Source of the DNA: a virus | Taxonomy: Duplodnaviria; Caudoviricetes | Strand: one strand, 5' to 3' | Length of the DNA: 64,000 bases | Virus record (IMG/VR): IMGVR_UViG_3300037067_013225 | Span: 32,001-96,000 of that record | Shown: piece after piece, positions 9,915 to 20,898 of the stretch | Layout of the letters: each line of letters starts with the position of its first letter | Position numbering within the stretch: position 1 is the stretch's first letter | The notes under the pieces: model-generated | Database searches by the model: none | What the model saw: the letters and a program-made list of their open reading frames with translations, nothing else | What the model was told of the DNA's origin: nothing | Position numbers and translations under genes: made by a program

Positions 9915-10449
9915 AATAGCAGATATCCTAAATGCAATAAGTGCATTTATAACTACTCACGGTATGGGATTGACATTTACGATTATTTGGTTTCTTCTAG
10001 TTATTGGACTGATAGTTGTTATTGTGAGATATTTATTCGCGCAAGTAAATAATACCGATAAAGAACATAAAAAAATACAATCCAATATCGAAGATGTAAA
10101 AGATTTTATTGCGAAACAATCCAATATCAAGACGATTGAGAATAGCGTTATTGCTGCTATAACATACAATGCGGATAAAATTGTTGCGCATATAGATAGT
10201 GTTTATACGGATCAGTTAGAATCCTCATATCATACCATTATGGAGCACATTGATAGATTGGATACGGAATTAACTAATGTTGCAGAGAGATTACGAACAT
10301 TACTAGATCAGGCGCAATTTGGTAGAGCCGAAGACACCAAACAACTTTCTTCTACGCTGGAAGCCATACGTAGAGATTTGACATCGTTGGCGGCGAGTAT
10401 CAGGACCACTATAAATATTTTGATTGATAAGAAGGTTGGAGATGAATAA
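9907..10449 (+). CDS. membrane protein (single TM plus coiled coil), possibly holin-like
   Basis: N-terminal TM, helical C-terminus. Confidence 0.5.
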   Translation: MSEIADILNAISAFITTHGMGLTFTIIWFLLVIGLIVVIVRYLFAQVNNTDKEHKKIQSNIEDVKDFIAKQSNIKTIENSVIAAITYNADKIVAHIDSVYTDQLESSYHTIMEHIDRLDTELTNVAERLRTLLDQAQFGRAEDTKQLSSTLEAIRRDLTSLAASIRTTINILIDKKVGDE

Positions 10450-10577
10450 GGTCGATCATCGCCAGTCAAATGAAGACGTTGATGAGTTTGAGGAATTGGC
10501 TCGTGCAGTCAAAAGATTAGTCATGGTGATAGCGGAAGAACGCAAAAAGAAACGTATTCGCGGTAAGTTAATTATTA

Positions 10578-11138
10578 ATGAGTTTAAGAATTCGAAATGA
10601 TGTTCTAGCCATTGATCCCAGCTTAAAGGCTACAGGATACTGTCACTCGTTGTCGGATTATGGTACGCTGAAGTTCTCCCGCACCACCGATAATTGCAAG
10701 GATATCGGCACGATATATCACAGTTTAAGCACCCTCATAACGACCCTCGGCTCTATTAAATATATCTGTAAGGAAAATTACGCTCTAGGATATCATAATG
10801 CAGGTATGACGAGAATTATGGAAGTTGGCGGTGTTATTCAGTTGTTATGTTTTGAACACGATATCAAGCTAATAACTATTGCACCAACCAGCATCAAGAA
10901 AATCATAACTGGTTGTGGTAGCGGAAAGAAAGACGGAGTGATGCGAGAAATAAACACGATATTAAATACACAAATTACCGACGACAATATTACTGACGCA
11001 GTCGCGATTTATTTAGCCGGATGTGGATATTTACAAATTGTAGAAGACAGACAATTATCGACAAGTATTAAAGTTGCTGATTTATCTAGTGATATTGAAC
11101 AGTCAATTCGAGAGTTTAAACATGGCATGCTGCGGTAA
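10578..11138 (+). CDS. ruvC: RuvC-like Holliday junction resolvase
   Basis: LAIDPSLKATGY, KENY, PTSIKKIITGCGSGKK, DDNITDAVAI. Confidence 0.88.
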   Translation: MSLRIRNDVLAIDPSLKATGYCHSLSDYGTLKFSRTTDNCKDIGTIYHSLSTLITTLGSIKYICKENYALGYHNAGMTRIMEVGGVIQLLCFEHDIKLITIAPTSIKKIITGCGSGKKDGVMREINTILNTQITDDNITDAVAIYLAGCGYLQIVEDRQLSTSIKVADLSSDIEQSIREFKHGMLR

Positions 11139-11355
11139 AGGCTCTAATGTTCCAGATATTTATCTCTATATAGATGATAAGGAATATCATTTGGGTCATG
11201 GCGTTTTATCACTATATCTGAGGGGCTTGAGGCAATTCTATGAAGTCGGTTCTCATACGCTTATAATCGAAAACAAAAAAACACAAAGTCGTCAGCAAGG
11301 TATATTAACTTATAAGAGCGGATTTCCATATCTAAATGGAAGAAGGTTGTTCTAA
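11122..11355 (+). CDS. hypothetical protein
   Basis: Likely start MACCGKG; TAATG-coupled to next gene. Confidence 0.55.
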   Translation: MACCGKGSNVPDIYLYIDDKEYHLGHGVLSLYLRGLRQFYEVGSHTLIIENKKTQSRQQGILTYKSGFPYLNGRRLF

Positions 11356-11900
11356 TGCGTGATCCTGCCGATTATAATAAACCAAGTTCTTTTTTGAAAC
11401 TGGCATACAAACAATACAAATATACTTTGCGTCCGGATGTCGCAAGAGACATGAGATTTCGTGTATTGCCGACTTTTATATCTATCAAAGTCAATACCAA
11501 TTCACTGAACGCATTATATTATCCGGGAACAATTACATCTTATTTTTTGAACAAGATGTATGCTCAGAAGGGTTTTGATTTCAAGATCACTTCAAATAAT
11601 GGACAATGTATCTTATATAAAAGAGGATTAACTCGTCATACATCATTTGAATATCAAGTTAGAAATAAACCATATATCTTTTTGGAAGAAATTAATGGTA
11701 ACGGAGAGATATATTTAACATTTGATTATGCTACAATCGGATTGGTTGCCGGACATGTTGATAATTATCAGGTAACATTTAAGACACCGAAAGAGTCTGT
11801 TAGGGCCGATTTAGATTCGGTTACTACATATTACAAATTATACAACTATATTGCCGATTTGTCATTTTATTTGCCGGATATGGGAAACTATATTCAATGA
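11355..11900 (+). CDS. hypothetical protein
   Basis: 181-aa ORF in operon. Confidence 0.65.
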   Translation: MRDPADYNKPSSFLKLAYKQYKYTLRPDVARDMRFRVLPTFISIKVNTNSLNALYYPGTITSYFLNKMYAQKGFDFKITSNNGQCILYKRGLTRHTSFEYQVRNKPYIFLEEINGNGEIYLTFDYATIGLVAGHVDNYQVTFKTPKESVRADLDSVTTYYKLYNYIADLSFYLPDMGNYIQ

Positions 11901-13381
11901 CGATATGCGTTAAACCATTTCGCGGCAATACTGGTATCGGAACCACCAAGACATCATATTCGACTTCGCGTACATCAGCGCCAATAACAAATCCCGCTAT
12001 AAAATCTCCCGATTGGCGTCCAGTTAATCCCATCAAATGGGATTTCCCCACTGTGATTAAAAATCCCAATATCATTGCGCATACTATTAACTTCGAAGAT
12101 CGGCGTATTACATGGACTATTCAATATGATGCTACACCAGATACGCAGACTGGAGATAAATGTCCTGAGAATATTAAGAATAAGTTTGGGTTACTCGGTA
12201 GCGAATATCCATTCAATAAACAGACGAAGAAGACAAAAGTATTGTCTGTCGATTGTGAAACATCTCCAGATGTATTTGCGGCATTTACACATCATGGCGA
12301 AAGCGGGATTAATTTACTAACTGTGCCAAAATCTTATACGGGGAAATATGCCGAGACCTTTTTTATAGACTATTTCATTAACGACATCACTCCGAATGTT
12401 ACATTGCCGGATGCGTATCAGTGTTTGACGGAAGTTCCGCTTTGTATTGAGCCGGATAGTATGTTGCGTAACGTTCCCATATCGGGGCTTGATGTCGCGC
12501 TTCGTTCAATTATAGTCGATGAGGATAGATTACAATATAACCTGCTTATCAATGGTGCTCCAGCGTCCATGCAGGGGACACGTTATGATGATAATATTCC
12601 AATAGGTGCGGATGCGCCAATTCTAAACATCCCGTCATTGGGACTACATCCCTTATTGCAAGAGAGCCTTTCTAATCTGGAAGATGCGGTTGCTGCTGCA
12701 TCTAGTAAGAGTCCTTTTGGTAAGGGCGATGGTGATGCCGCAGATCAAACGCCGCCGTCTGGTTCTGCTGAAGATAAGGCAGATTCTCCCGTTTGTGGCG
12801 GAACTAATTCCGTTACATTTAGCGATATTTTGCCGTTACTGACATTTAACTATTCGTTTTTCCCTGAGCGCATTTTAGATCTGTTTCTCAATATTATATG
12901 GCGCATATTCGAGTTTTTACTGTGGATATTCTTCAATATTCTCCCAGTATGCGAAGTTGAATGGCAAATAGCAGCGGATAAACTTAAAGCGATATTCACA
13001 TTCAACGGACAAGATTGCACACCACCATTTATTAATAAACTCTCAGATCAGATGGTTAAATTCTTTGGTAAAGCAACCTGCTGCAATGTAAAAGAATTAC
13101 TTAAGTATATTTTGCTGGGTCAGTGGCAGAAAGCCCTGCCTCTATTTATCAGATGCGTTGTTTATTGGATAATTTGTTTTTATAGACGCGTATTGCACTA
13201 CTTCTTATTATTATTGATGTCGGTATCTCGATATATCATCAATATTATTTTGTACGGTAGTGATTGCGCTTGTGCCTTTGTTAAAACCGGATCTTTAACA
13301 GATTGCGTACCGCAAGTAGATCTGGATATATCTCGCATGAATGAAAGCACATCTGGTTCTGATAATCAGGTGGGTTTATAG
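11897..13381 (+). CDS. hypothetical protein with Cys-rich hydrophobic C-terminus
   Basis: 494 aa; hydrophobic helices in the last third. Confidence 0.65.
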   Translation: MTICVKPFRGNTGIGTTKTSYSTSRTSAPITNPAIKSPDWRPVNPIKWDFPTVIKNPNIIAHTINFEDRRITWTIQYDATPDTQTGDKCPENIKNKFGLLGSEYPFNKQTKKTKVLSVDCETSPDVFAAFTHHGESGINLLTVPKSYTGKYAETFFIDYFINDITPNVTLPDAYQCLTEVPLCIEPDSMLRNVPISGLDVALRSIIVDEDRLQYNLLINGAPASMQGTRYDDNIPIGADAPILNIPSLGLHPLLQESLSNLEDAVAAASSKSPFGKGDGDAADQTPPSGSAEDKADSPVCGGTNSVTFSDILPLLTFNYSFFPERILDLFLNIIWRIFEFLLWIFFNILPVCEVEWQIAADKLKAIFTFNGQDCTPPFINKLSDQMVKFFGKATCCNVKELLKYILLGQWQKALPLFIRCVVYWIICFYRRVLHYFLLLLMSVSRYIINIILYGSDCACAFVKTGSLTDCVPQVDLDISRMNESTSGSDNQVGL

Positions 13382-13395
13382 GGTAAATTGCGTCT

Positions 13396-14454
13396 GTGAC
13401 AGAACTAGATCCAAATATCTTGCACGAGTTTAAGGCATCACCGTTAGGGTTTGATGATTTTGATCGTCATATGCAATATGCGGCTGGTTTACACGATTAT
13501 TTATCCGATAATGGAGCTATTAGTGCCGATGGTACTCTAGATATCGGGAAGACTCAGGAATCTTTGCAGGATTTAGATCAGAAAGATTTTGCCAAATGGA
13601 AGAATAGAATGGAATCCGGTTATCTTCCAGTCATGGCGCATATTCAACAATTTGTTGGGAAACCTGCAATAGAGACTAATCCTGGATATTTGTCCAATTT
13701 GGGTTCTTTGATATCATCTGGTCGGGGAGATTTATCTCACGATTTCGCATACGAATTTTCCCCACAAGGTGATCTTAGATATCGAAGCCCCAAGCAAACG
13801 CTTCAAGCTATTACATCCGGCAATACCACATATTTATTGCCGGAAAATATCAACCTAGCAAAAAGAGCGCTTAAATATGCGCGTGATGGACGTAAATTAT
13901 TGCAACTTGCGGATAAGGTTGTCAAAATATCCAATATGAGACCAGGACGGGCGAGTACGCCTGTTGGAGTAATGATGGGCCAAAACGCAGCCGGAATGGC
14001 AGCACTAACGCATGCGCCGGGACAGATTAAATCCAGCATGGCGAAATCTGATGTCAAGACAAACCTATATCTGCTGAACGATCTTCTAAATATAGATAGG
14101 AATAGAGCGGTGGCGCTTGCCAAAAACATTTCGGGTTCCGTTCGCGATGTGACAGCTTTCACGGCACAAGACACCAAGGCTCTAAAAAAAGCTATTATTT
14201 TCACTTGGCATATTAAGAAGGGAACAGACTTTAATAAAGCATACATAGATATAAACAACATTCCAATAGATTACGATTTGTTTGAGAAGAAGCGTGGTCA
14301 GTATTCTCGATATAACGTTGAGCCGTCCATGACATCCATTGTGGAGGAGATTGTAAATCAACCGGCAGATTCAGAGTTTATTGACGTTCTGTTACTACGG
14401 CTAGCACTGGACAATTACGTTGAGGACAAACATGCATATCGTCATCCTGCGTAA
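13396..14454 (+). CDS. hypothetical (probable internal head) protein
   Basis: Leaderless after GGGTAAATT (13381); contains MAKS, LKKA, FNKA motifs. Confidence 0.6.
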   Translation: MTELDPNILHEFKASPLGFDDFDRHMQYAAGLHDYLSDNGAISADGTLDIGKTQESLQDLDQKDFAKWKNRMESGYLPVMAHIQQFVGKPAIETNPGYLSNLGSLISSGRGDLSHDFAYEFSPQGDLRYRSPKQTLQAITSGNTTYLLPENINLAKRALKYARDGRKLLQLADKVVKISNMRPGRASTPVGVMMGQNAAGMAALTHAPGQIKSSMAKSDVKTNLYLLNDLLNIDRNRAVALAKNISGSVRDVTAFTAQDTKALKKAIIFTWHIKKGTDFNKAYIDINNIPIDYDLFEKKRGQYSRYNVEPSMTSIVEEIVNQPADSEFIDVLLLRLALDNYVEDKHAYRHPA

Positions 14455-14800
14455 AGAACTATACTCGGATAATTATCAGTCTGTGGATGGTATATTTGAA
14501 GGCGCATTCACGATATATAAGCTGATGAGTATGTTTCCGAACGCATATTTTTTGATTATAAATGACGATATGGAATTTCACGATAGTCGGATTATTAATC
14601 GCAAGCGAATGAAAGAACTATTTAATATCGATGAACGCAATCAAATACGTTGCGAAAATTGTCACACAAAAAACGTTATATCTCGCAAACTATGTCGCCA
14701 GTGCGGATATGAAAATAAATATTGGGAGATATTGCAATATTATTCGGATGATTTCGTAAAAGCGGCTGAATTACGAGGACTAATCGATGAAATATGGTAA
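14420..14800 (+). CDS. hypothetical zinc-ribbon protein
   Basis: CENC...CRQC; start uncertain. Confidence 0.55.
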   Translation: MRTNMHIVILRKELYSDNYQSVDGIFEGAFTIYKLMSMFPNAYFLIINDDMEFHDSRIINRKRMKELFNIDERNQIRCENCHTKNVISRKLCRQCGYENKYWEILQYYSDDFVKAAELRGLIDEIW

Positions 14801-17800
14801 CGCGATAATTGCGAGAAGATTATTGTGTAAGGCGATAAAATATCCATATAGCGAAAAAGATGCCGAAAAAATCGGCAAAAAGATTGGAGCATCTGAGGAA
14901 GAAATAGCTCGTTTACGTCAAGGTATGAACGTAGAGCATGAACACGACCAAGATTCTGAAACTAATGTTGCTCATGGACGGCATAAGATTGTAGCTAAAA
15001 TTGCATTAGCTCATTTGCGCGAAATGCTGGATTATTATGATAAATTAAAAACTATTGAGAAGGGCAATTCGCAATTTCAAGCTTATGCATCAGCTTATAG
15101 TGATTTTAGCAATCTTGCAAACAATGACACGCTACGTAATCTAGATACTTTACAAGATCAATATCTTGAGGCAACAGGTATCGATCATAATTATGCGAAT
15201 CAAGTTTTAGATCAGATAAAAAAAACCGTAGTGCCATTAGCTAAACAATACAACCAAACATGGGATAAATATTCTCAGATTATTGCGGCACCACGTTTAA
15301 TGCAGTTCGGTCTAAATAGATTGGACGAGAATGATTTTGACAATCCCATGTTATTAGCACGGGGACATTTTAGAAATTACGGTAAAGCTTTGAACAATTT
15401 TAAGAATTTTCTCTCGGGTCAATTGACTCAACCACGAGATAATTTTGCCAAAGCCGACAGATATGAAACTCAGCCTGGAAAATCTCTCCTTGATGTGATG
15501 CATCGTGTACTCAAATTCAATTCAGAACATCCGCCCACACCACAGCCAATAGTCACACCCGAAGATAAAAATCGCCACGAACAAATCACTCATATTCACT
15601 CACTACGCGAAACACCCGAAACCGAATCGCCATTTATTGGTGGGGATACCTTTGATAAGGCTTTATCACCGCAACATCATCAGTCCATTCTATCTCAATT
15701 AGAGGGTAAAAATGAGGATGAATTACGAGCGGGTGGTATTTTGGGTGACAGGTTGGGAGAGGGGCTATATAGGCGTGTTTATTCATTAAAACAATATCCG
15801 GGTCTCGTTGTCAAAATACCGTTATCTGATAGGTCCATAGAAAACAATAAAACAGAATATCAGCATTATCAAAAATTTAGAGATTCGGGAGCCAAGAAAT
15901 ATGTAGCTCCCATATACGGCATCACATCTAATGGCATCTCTTTGGCTAAGCGGGTAGACCCACTACCAAAGGATGTAGCAAATCAGCTTGATCGTCTAGA
16001 TATTCTATCCAATCCCATGCATGAGGCTAGGCTGAAAAAGATCGTGGGTCTTGGTGTTGATGATGTGCATTCTGGTAATTTTGGAATAGATCGTGGAAAG
16101 CTAGTATCGTTGGATTATAACAAGGCTATTCCAGATCCTCTAGATACGAGCAAAGATGTGGAACTCGTCGATCAAAGTTTAGAACATTTAGATCCGGATT
16201 TTTCCGAGATGATATTGTCTTTGATTGATAGAGCGAGGGATTTTGGGTTAGAGCTTTATATTAGGGAGGGGTTTCGCACTCGTGCTCGTCAACAATATCT
16301 GAGTGATGTGGTTAATGCGCAGGGTGCTGGTGTCGCACCACCGATATATACACAAGAGGGAATGATTGATTTTGATGAACGCACTTTCCCTCATGGTGCG
16401 GGGTTTGCTGTAGATATTGGGATTAAGGGATTGGAGCAGCAGGAAGATGCGTATCATGCATTTTTGCATAAGTTGTGGGCCGCGATGTATCCCGGAAAGG
16501 TTAATCCAGATCCAATACCGGACGATTTCAACCATTACGAAGCATCTAAAGAATTTATCGATAAAAATTCGCGCGATCTAACAGAGTCCGATCATTATGG
16601 AGAATTTATGGATATCTTTTCCAAGGCACGTCGTGCCATTGCTGGCAAAAGTCGTGCTTGGGGGGATATTTTACATCATTATATTCGCGATATACATACG
16701 CCCGGATTAGATAACAGATCCGTTATTCCGGTTGATAAATATAAGTCTATTTTAGCGAATGCGATATCATATCATATTCGAAATCATCGCCCCGGCGCTC
16801 ACGAATATGAACAGCGCACGCCCGAAGAAACGAAAATTCGCACATCGCTATTTCATAATCTTATGGAAGGTAAGGGACTTGATGACAGATATTTATCCGA
16901 TTTAGATCCGGCGCATGATTCAAAGATACGCGCATTGCAGGGATTGGTTAACGAGACTAATTGGTCATCTAGAGATGATCTAGAAAAGCTAGAACGTAAC
17001 GTCACGCGACTCAATAACGTGCCGTCAGCGCCCGCTACAGCGTCGTCACCACCACCAGGCGCACTTCCTATAAGCGAATTCCTTAATAGAAACAAACCCG
17101 CACCCCAATGGACGCCCCAGGCTCTAAAACCACGTCCAGTAGTCGATCAAGCGTTACTAGATAGATTAACATCCAATACGCCGGGACAAGATTTTATAGA
17201 CGCAAACAAGCAAGCATGGAAGCAGAGTTTCGCCAAACCCGTTCAAGCTATGGCTCAGGGAGTTGAGGGATTGGGGCGAAAGATGGGAGTCATTAAAGCC
17301 ACATATGTGGATCAGATTAAAGAACGCACCGCACAAGATCCATACGAATCAGCCGGATTGAATCAGGGGCAAATAAGTGATTTGGTTCGCAGATTGTCCA
17401 ATGTATCGAATCCCGTACCGCGTAATATGCAACCACTTTTAGTACCTCAGTCTACGCCTGAACCGTCTCAAGATCCATATGAAGCTGCTGGATTAGAGAA
17501 GAAAAAGATATCGGATTTGGTACAGAGATTGTTGAATATTCGATACAAAGAGCCGGAAAATATTCTTCAGCCAGAAACGCAAGAACCCACATCAAGTAGC
17601 GATATTGTTTCGACATCCACAGATACAAACGATTTAATTTCGCAAGCCGAATCGGATTTTGCACCAAAGCCTCGCTTCATGTCCGAACGAAGTTACAATC
17701 AGTTATCTAATCGCAAAAATGTCCGCCCTCAGTTTGCCGAAGCTCTAGCACCGCAACGTCAGTCACGTATCATGGAGGGGATTAATGCCGCCAACACACA

Positions 17801-18113
17801 GCGTCGCCAACAGGAGCGATTTAACGACGTATTGAATCGCGATATAAAAAACACCCTACAGGGTGATACGGATTATATGCCTGGGCCAGAATTTCGTGGG
17901 AAGGTTGGATATTTAAGCCGCATGATGGACAAAAAGATGAAACCGGTTGAAGGTAAGATTGTTGGTGCGCCGGAAACTTTGGGCGGGAATCCTCAGAAAT
18001 TCGACATATATAGCACTCGCGGTATTCATCGTATGGGAACGCCAGAGATTGAAAAAATATATCAGGGCGTTAATGATTTGGCTTCTAAGAGCGAAATCGC
18101 TTTTGATCAATAA
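14787..18113 (+). CDS. multidomain polyprotein: DUF5661-like, kinase-like and M15 peptidase modules
   Basis: GMNVEHEH..KIALAHLRE..DYYDKL; LGEGLYRRVY..VVK..DVHSGNFG..LDY; EGFRT..RQ..PHGAGFAVDI..NHYE; internal QDPYE.AGL repeat. Confidence 0.75.
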   Translation: MKYGNAIIARRLLCKAIKYPYSEKDAEKIGKKIGASEEEIARLRQGMNVEHEHDQDSETNVAHGRHKIVAKIALAHLREMLDYYDKLKTIEKGNSQFQAYASAYSDFSNLANNDTLRNLDTLQDQYLEATGIDHNYANQVLDQIKKTVVPLAKQYNQTWDKYSQIIAAPRLMQFGLNRLDENDFDNPMLLARGHFRNYGKALNNFKNFLSGQLTQPRDNFAKADRYETQPGKSLLDVMHRVLKFNSEHPPTPQPIVTPEDKNRHEQITHIHSLRETPETESPFIGGDTFDKALSPQHHQSILSQLEGKNEDELRAGGILGDRLGEGLYRRVYSLKQYPGLVVKIPLSDRSIENNKTEYQHYQKFRDSGAKKYVAPIYGITSNGISLAKRVDPLPKDVANQLDRLDILSNPMHEARLKKIVGLGVDDVHSGNFGIDRGKLVSLDYNKAIPDPLDTSKDVELVDQSLEHLDPDFSEMILSLIDRARDFGLELYIREGFRTRARQQYLSDVVNAQGAGVAPPIYTQEGMIDFDERTFPHGAGFAVDIGIKGLEQQEDAYHAFLHKLWAAMYPGKVNPDPIPDDFNHYEASKEFIDKNSRDLTESDHYGEFMDIFSKARRAIAGKSRAWGDILHHYIRDIHTPGLDNRSVIPVDKYKSILANAISYHIRNHRPGAHEYEQRTPEETKIRTSLFHNLMEGKGLDDRYLSDLDPAHDSKIRALQGLVNETNWSSRDDLEKLERNVTRLNNVPSAPATASSPPPGALPISEFLNRNKPAPQWTPQALKPRPVVDQALLDRLTSNTPGQDFIDANKQAWKQSFAKPVQAMAQGVEGLGRKMGVIKATYVDQIKERTAQDPYESAGLNQGQISDLVRRLSNVSNPVPRNMQPLLVPQSTPEPSQDPYEAAGLEKKKISDLVQRLLNIRYKEPENILQPETQEPTSSSDIVSTSTDTNDLISQAESDFAPKPRFMSERSYNQLSNRKNVRPQFAEALAPQRQSRIMEGINAANTQRRQQERFNDVLNRDIKNTLQGDTDYMPGPEFRGKVGYLSRMMDKKMKPVEGKIVGAPETLGGNPQKFDIYSTRGIHRMGTPEIEKIYQGVNDLASKSEIAFDQ

Positions 18114-19495
18114 ACCGCAAAACGATTATCCCTAACATGCCCGATAGATAACATCAGAGAGCATACAATATCATCATGTATGCCTTCAAACGTAATATGA
18201 CCTTTCGATGTTTCTTCGGCACGATATCCTAGCAGTTCGTCCTTAATTTCCGGTTCATCCCACATGGCAATATCTTCGCTAGCGAGTTTAACACATAGCC
18301 GTTCTACTAATTGATTTTTCTTGTCGTTGGTAAATTTAAATCCAAGTATTCTGACGCCATAAATACCATACTTATCTTTAAGGCGTCGCTCTACTTCTCT
18401 TGGTATGGACGATCCTTCTCCAGTTGCATCTATAATTACATCTAGCACTCTTCCGCGCGTATACAGACTCGCAATAAACTGACATATACGGTCGATATTC
18501 TGATCATCGCCTAGCTGATTCCATTTGTCATAACCGACCATTTTGTATTCGTCTGTAAATGCCGTACATACGGTACAGTCGTATAAGCGTGCATAATCAA
18601 TCCCGATAGTGATGTGTTCGTTCGGATATGGTGTATAAAATCCGCGTGGAAACCAGATATCTTCAGTAAAGGCGAATACTTCGCCGGTCATTGAATCGAA
18701 ATCGCCATCCCATTCTTTTTTAAATTGGCCGATTTTATATGCGGTTCCGATAGCATATGCTTCTTCTTTGGCGGCATAATAGTCTGTGGATGATGAAAAT
18801 GGGTTATCTAGGATGTGCAATTTAAATGCGCGTAATCTAGCTTTATCTATGTTCGACATTTTTCGTTGTTGGCGATCTGCCAACTTCCACATTTCTTTAA
18901 ACCAGTTATCACCACGCGGACTAGAGATTGCTAGAAATTTGCCCATTCGTGCCGCACGGTTTAATGTTGGTTTCACTAATTCGTATGCTTCATTCTCGAT
19001 AATACCAGCTTCGTCCGCAACTAATAAATCGGTTTCAAAACCAATCACCGCATCTGGATCTTTCGTTGAGAGAACCTTAAGTGTAGAGCCTTGGGTGCCG
19101 ACTTTAAGCGTGATGCTTTGTTCCTGGTTATTTTTTACCATTCTGCCGACTTTGGATTGTAATAATGGGCTGGACATACATGCATTGAAAACTTTATCAA
19201 ACACATAACTACAGTGGTTGTAAGTTGGGCCGATTAAATGTACTTTTCGATTAGGCATTAATAATTCTTCCATCACACGTACTGCGCCGATATGGGATTT
19301 TCCAGTACCACGAGAAGATACCACGTATGTTTCTTTTGCGGGTGTCATTAATATTGGGACTTGTTTGTCATATGGTACTAAGTGTTCTCCGAATTGTTCC
19401 CACAGTGCAATACGCTTATATCCCAGACCAAGCGCGGCATCGCGATCTGTAAGAATTTCCTGATTCATGAACGGCAGCAAGCCATCTCTATTCAT
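18107..19495 (-). CDS. terL: terminase large subunit
   Basis: SSRGTGKS Walker A, LVADEAG Walker B, ISSPRG, IGIDYA and HDDIV nuclease motifs. Confidence 0.93.
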   Translation of the reverse strand: MNRDGLLPFMNQEILTDRDAALGLGYKRIALWEQFGEHLVPYDKQVPILMTPAKETYVVSSRGTGKSHIGAVRVMEELLMPNRKVHLIGPTYNHCSYVFDKVFNACMSSPLLQSKVGRMVKNNQEQSITLKVGTQGSTLKVLSTKDPDAVIGFETDLLVADEAGIIENEAYELVKPTLNRAARMGKFLAISSPRGDNWFKEMWKLADRQQRKMSNIDKARLRAFKLHILDNPFSSSTDYYAAKEEAYAIGTAYKIGQFKKEWDGDFDSMTGEVFAFTEDIWFPRGFYTPYPNEHITIGIDYARLYDCTVCTAFTDEYKMVGYDKWNQLGDDQNIDRICQFIASLYTRGRVLDVIIDATGEGSSIPREVERRLKDKYGIYGVRILGFKFTNDKKNQLVERLCVKLASEDIAMWDEPEIKDELLGYRAEETSKGHITFEGIHDDIVCSLMLSIGHVRDNRFAVY

Positions 19496-20177
19496 TTGGC
19501 TCTACCAATGCATCTGCAAAATCATTCGTAACGTCAGTTTCATCCGATTCTGCGCCATCAATTATATCATTATCTATAACTTCTTCATAATCGACATTGC
19601 GGAATTTCTTAAGATATTCTTCGTTCATTTCGTCTTCATATTTAAGTTTTACACCACGGTCATGCTGAATCAAGATAGTTCTATCTGAGCGATATCCGTA
19701 GAGTTCTGATTCACGTTCTTGTGCTTTCAAAATAACCGCACTCATTTTGGTTAAAGTGTCGAGAAACTTCTGTGGCTCTACTGCTGCCCATTGTTGTTCT
19801 TCTTGAGATAACTGCTCTATAGCAACGCCATTATTTAATTTCGCCATGGCCTGTGCTCTAATGGCGATAGCTTTTGTTTGTTCTGTGTTGAGTGTTTGTT
19901 GTTGGCGTTCCGCTTGCCTAACTAAAACATGTCGTTGGTCTACGGCCTTCTTTGTCTCATTCGACATCTTATCAAGCCATTGACTAGCAACCATAACATA
20001 TTTATAGACTTTATTTCGTCCCCAAGTATATCCATCGGCGCGAAGTTTCTTGTAAACATCGATTGGATCGGTATATCCTTGAGACATTAGCTCCATAACG
20101 ATATATACATCCTCCATTACTTTTTCAAGTGCAGGATTCTTACTTATTTGCGACGGTGTATGTACAATATCCGACAT
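19488..20177 (-). CDS. terminase small subunit (by position)
   Basis: Directly upstream of terL, HTH-like N-terminus and helical body; leaderless after GGGTAAATA (20184-20192). Confidence 0.6.
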   Translation of the reverse strand: MSDIVHTPSQISKNPALEKVMEDVYIVMELMSQGYTDPIDVYKKLRADGYTWGRNKVYKYVMVASQWLDKMSNETKKAVDQRHVLVRQAERQQQTLNTEQTKAIAIRAQAMAKLNNGVAIEQLSQEEQQWAAVEPQKFLDTLTKMSAVILKAQERESELYGYRSDRTILIQHDRGVKLKYEDEMNEEYLKKFRNVDYEEVIDNDIIDGAESDETDVTNDFADALVEPNE

Positions 20178-20192
20178 GCTTGTTATTTACCC

Positions 20193-20219
20193 AAAAAAAT
20201 CCCCCCATTGCTGGGGGGA
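20193..20219 (-). terminator. rho-independent terminator
   Basis: TCCCCCCAG-CAA-TGGGGGGA hairpin plus T run on minus strand. Confidence 0.75.
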
Positions 20220-20243
20220 GAGCTTATAGTGTTAATTATAATA

Positions 20244-20810
20244 TTAAAGATCTTTCCAATTGACAGATAATTGTATTAATTCATTGGCACATATTTGTTT
20301 TGTAATAATATCAAATGTTTTCTCACAGAAAATACCATTCATTAATTCGTGTCCAGACTTGCAACTTTCTCCAGGGTTTGATTTGCGACTAGAAACTGCA
20401 CAACGGAGAGATGAACTTAGCCATTCTGATGGATCTGTTTCGTCATCACCATCTTGATCCGGATATATAGTTTTTGTCATCTGAATTGAATACTGATTAT
20501 TTTCAGTGAAGAACAGTAAACTGCATTTTAATTCATGGTACGTCCATTTCCCCAATGTATCCCTGTATAGCGGATTTTCGCCATTCAAATATGCACGAGT
20601 ATCATTGGTCGTACTAATGGAATAACTGTTGCCAAAGAAAAAATCTCCGATATCGTATTTTTGCGTTACGATATGTGATAGCAGATGCTCCGCCCATTTT
20701 ATAAATTGGGGGAACTCTTTTCGGACGAAATGTAGTATTTCGTTATGCGTGACGTGATTTGGACCGTCTACGTAGTTGTTCATTGTTTTTCCTTTGTCCT
20801 TTTGGGACAC
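20244..20810 (-). CDS. hypothetical protein
   Basis: 188-aa ORF between terS and portal; start may be the internal MNNY. Confidence 0.6.
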   Translation of the reverse strand: MSQKDKGKTMNNYVDGPNHVTHNEILHFVRKEFPQFIKWAEHLLSHIVTQKYDIGDFFFGNSYSISTTNDTRAYLNGENPLYRDTLGKWTYHELKCSLLFFTENNQYSIQMTKTIYPDQDGDDETDPSEWLSSSLRCAVSSRKSNPGESCKSGHELMNGIFCEKTFDIITKQICANELIQLSVNWKDL

Positions 20811-20898
20811 TTTGCGCGATGACTATACAACGTTTCACTCACAAGCGTTATACCCACTTTTATCTATAATTATCGGAATAAGGGGTATATTACTAACG

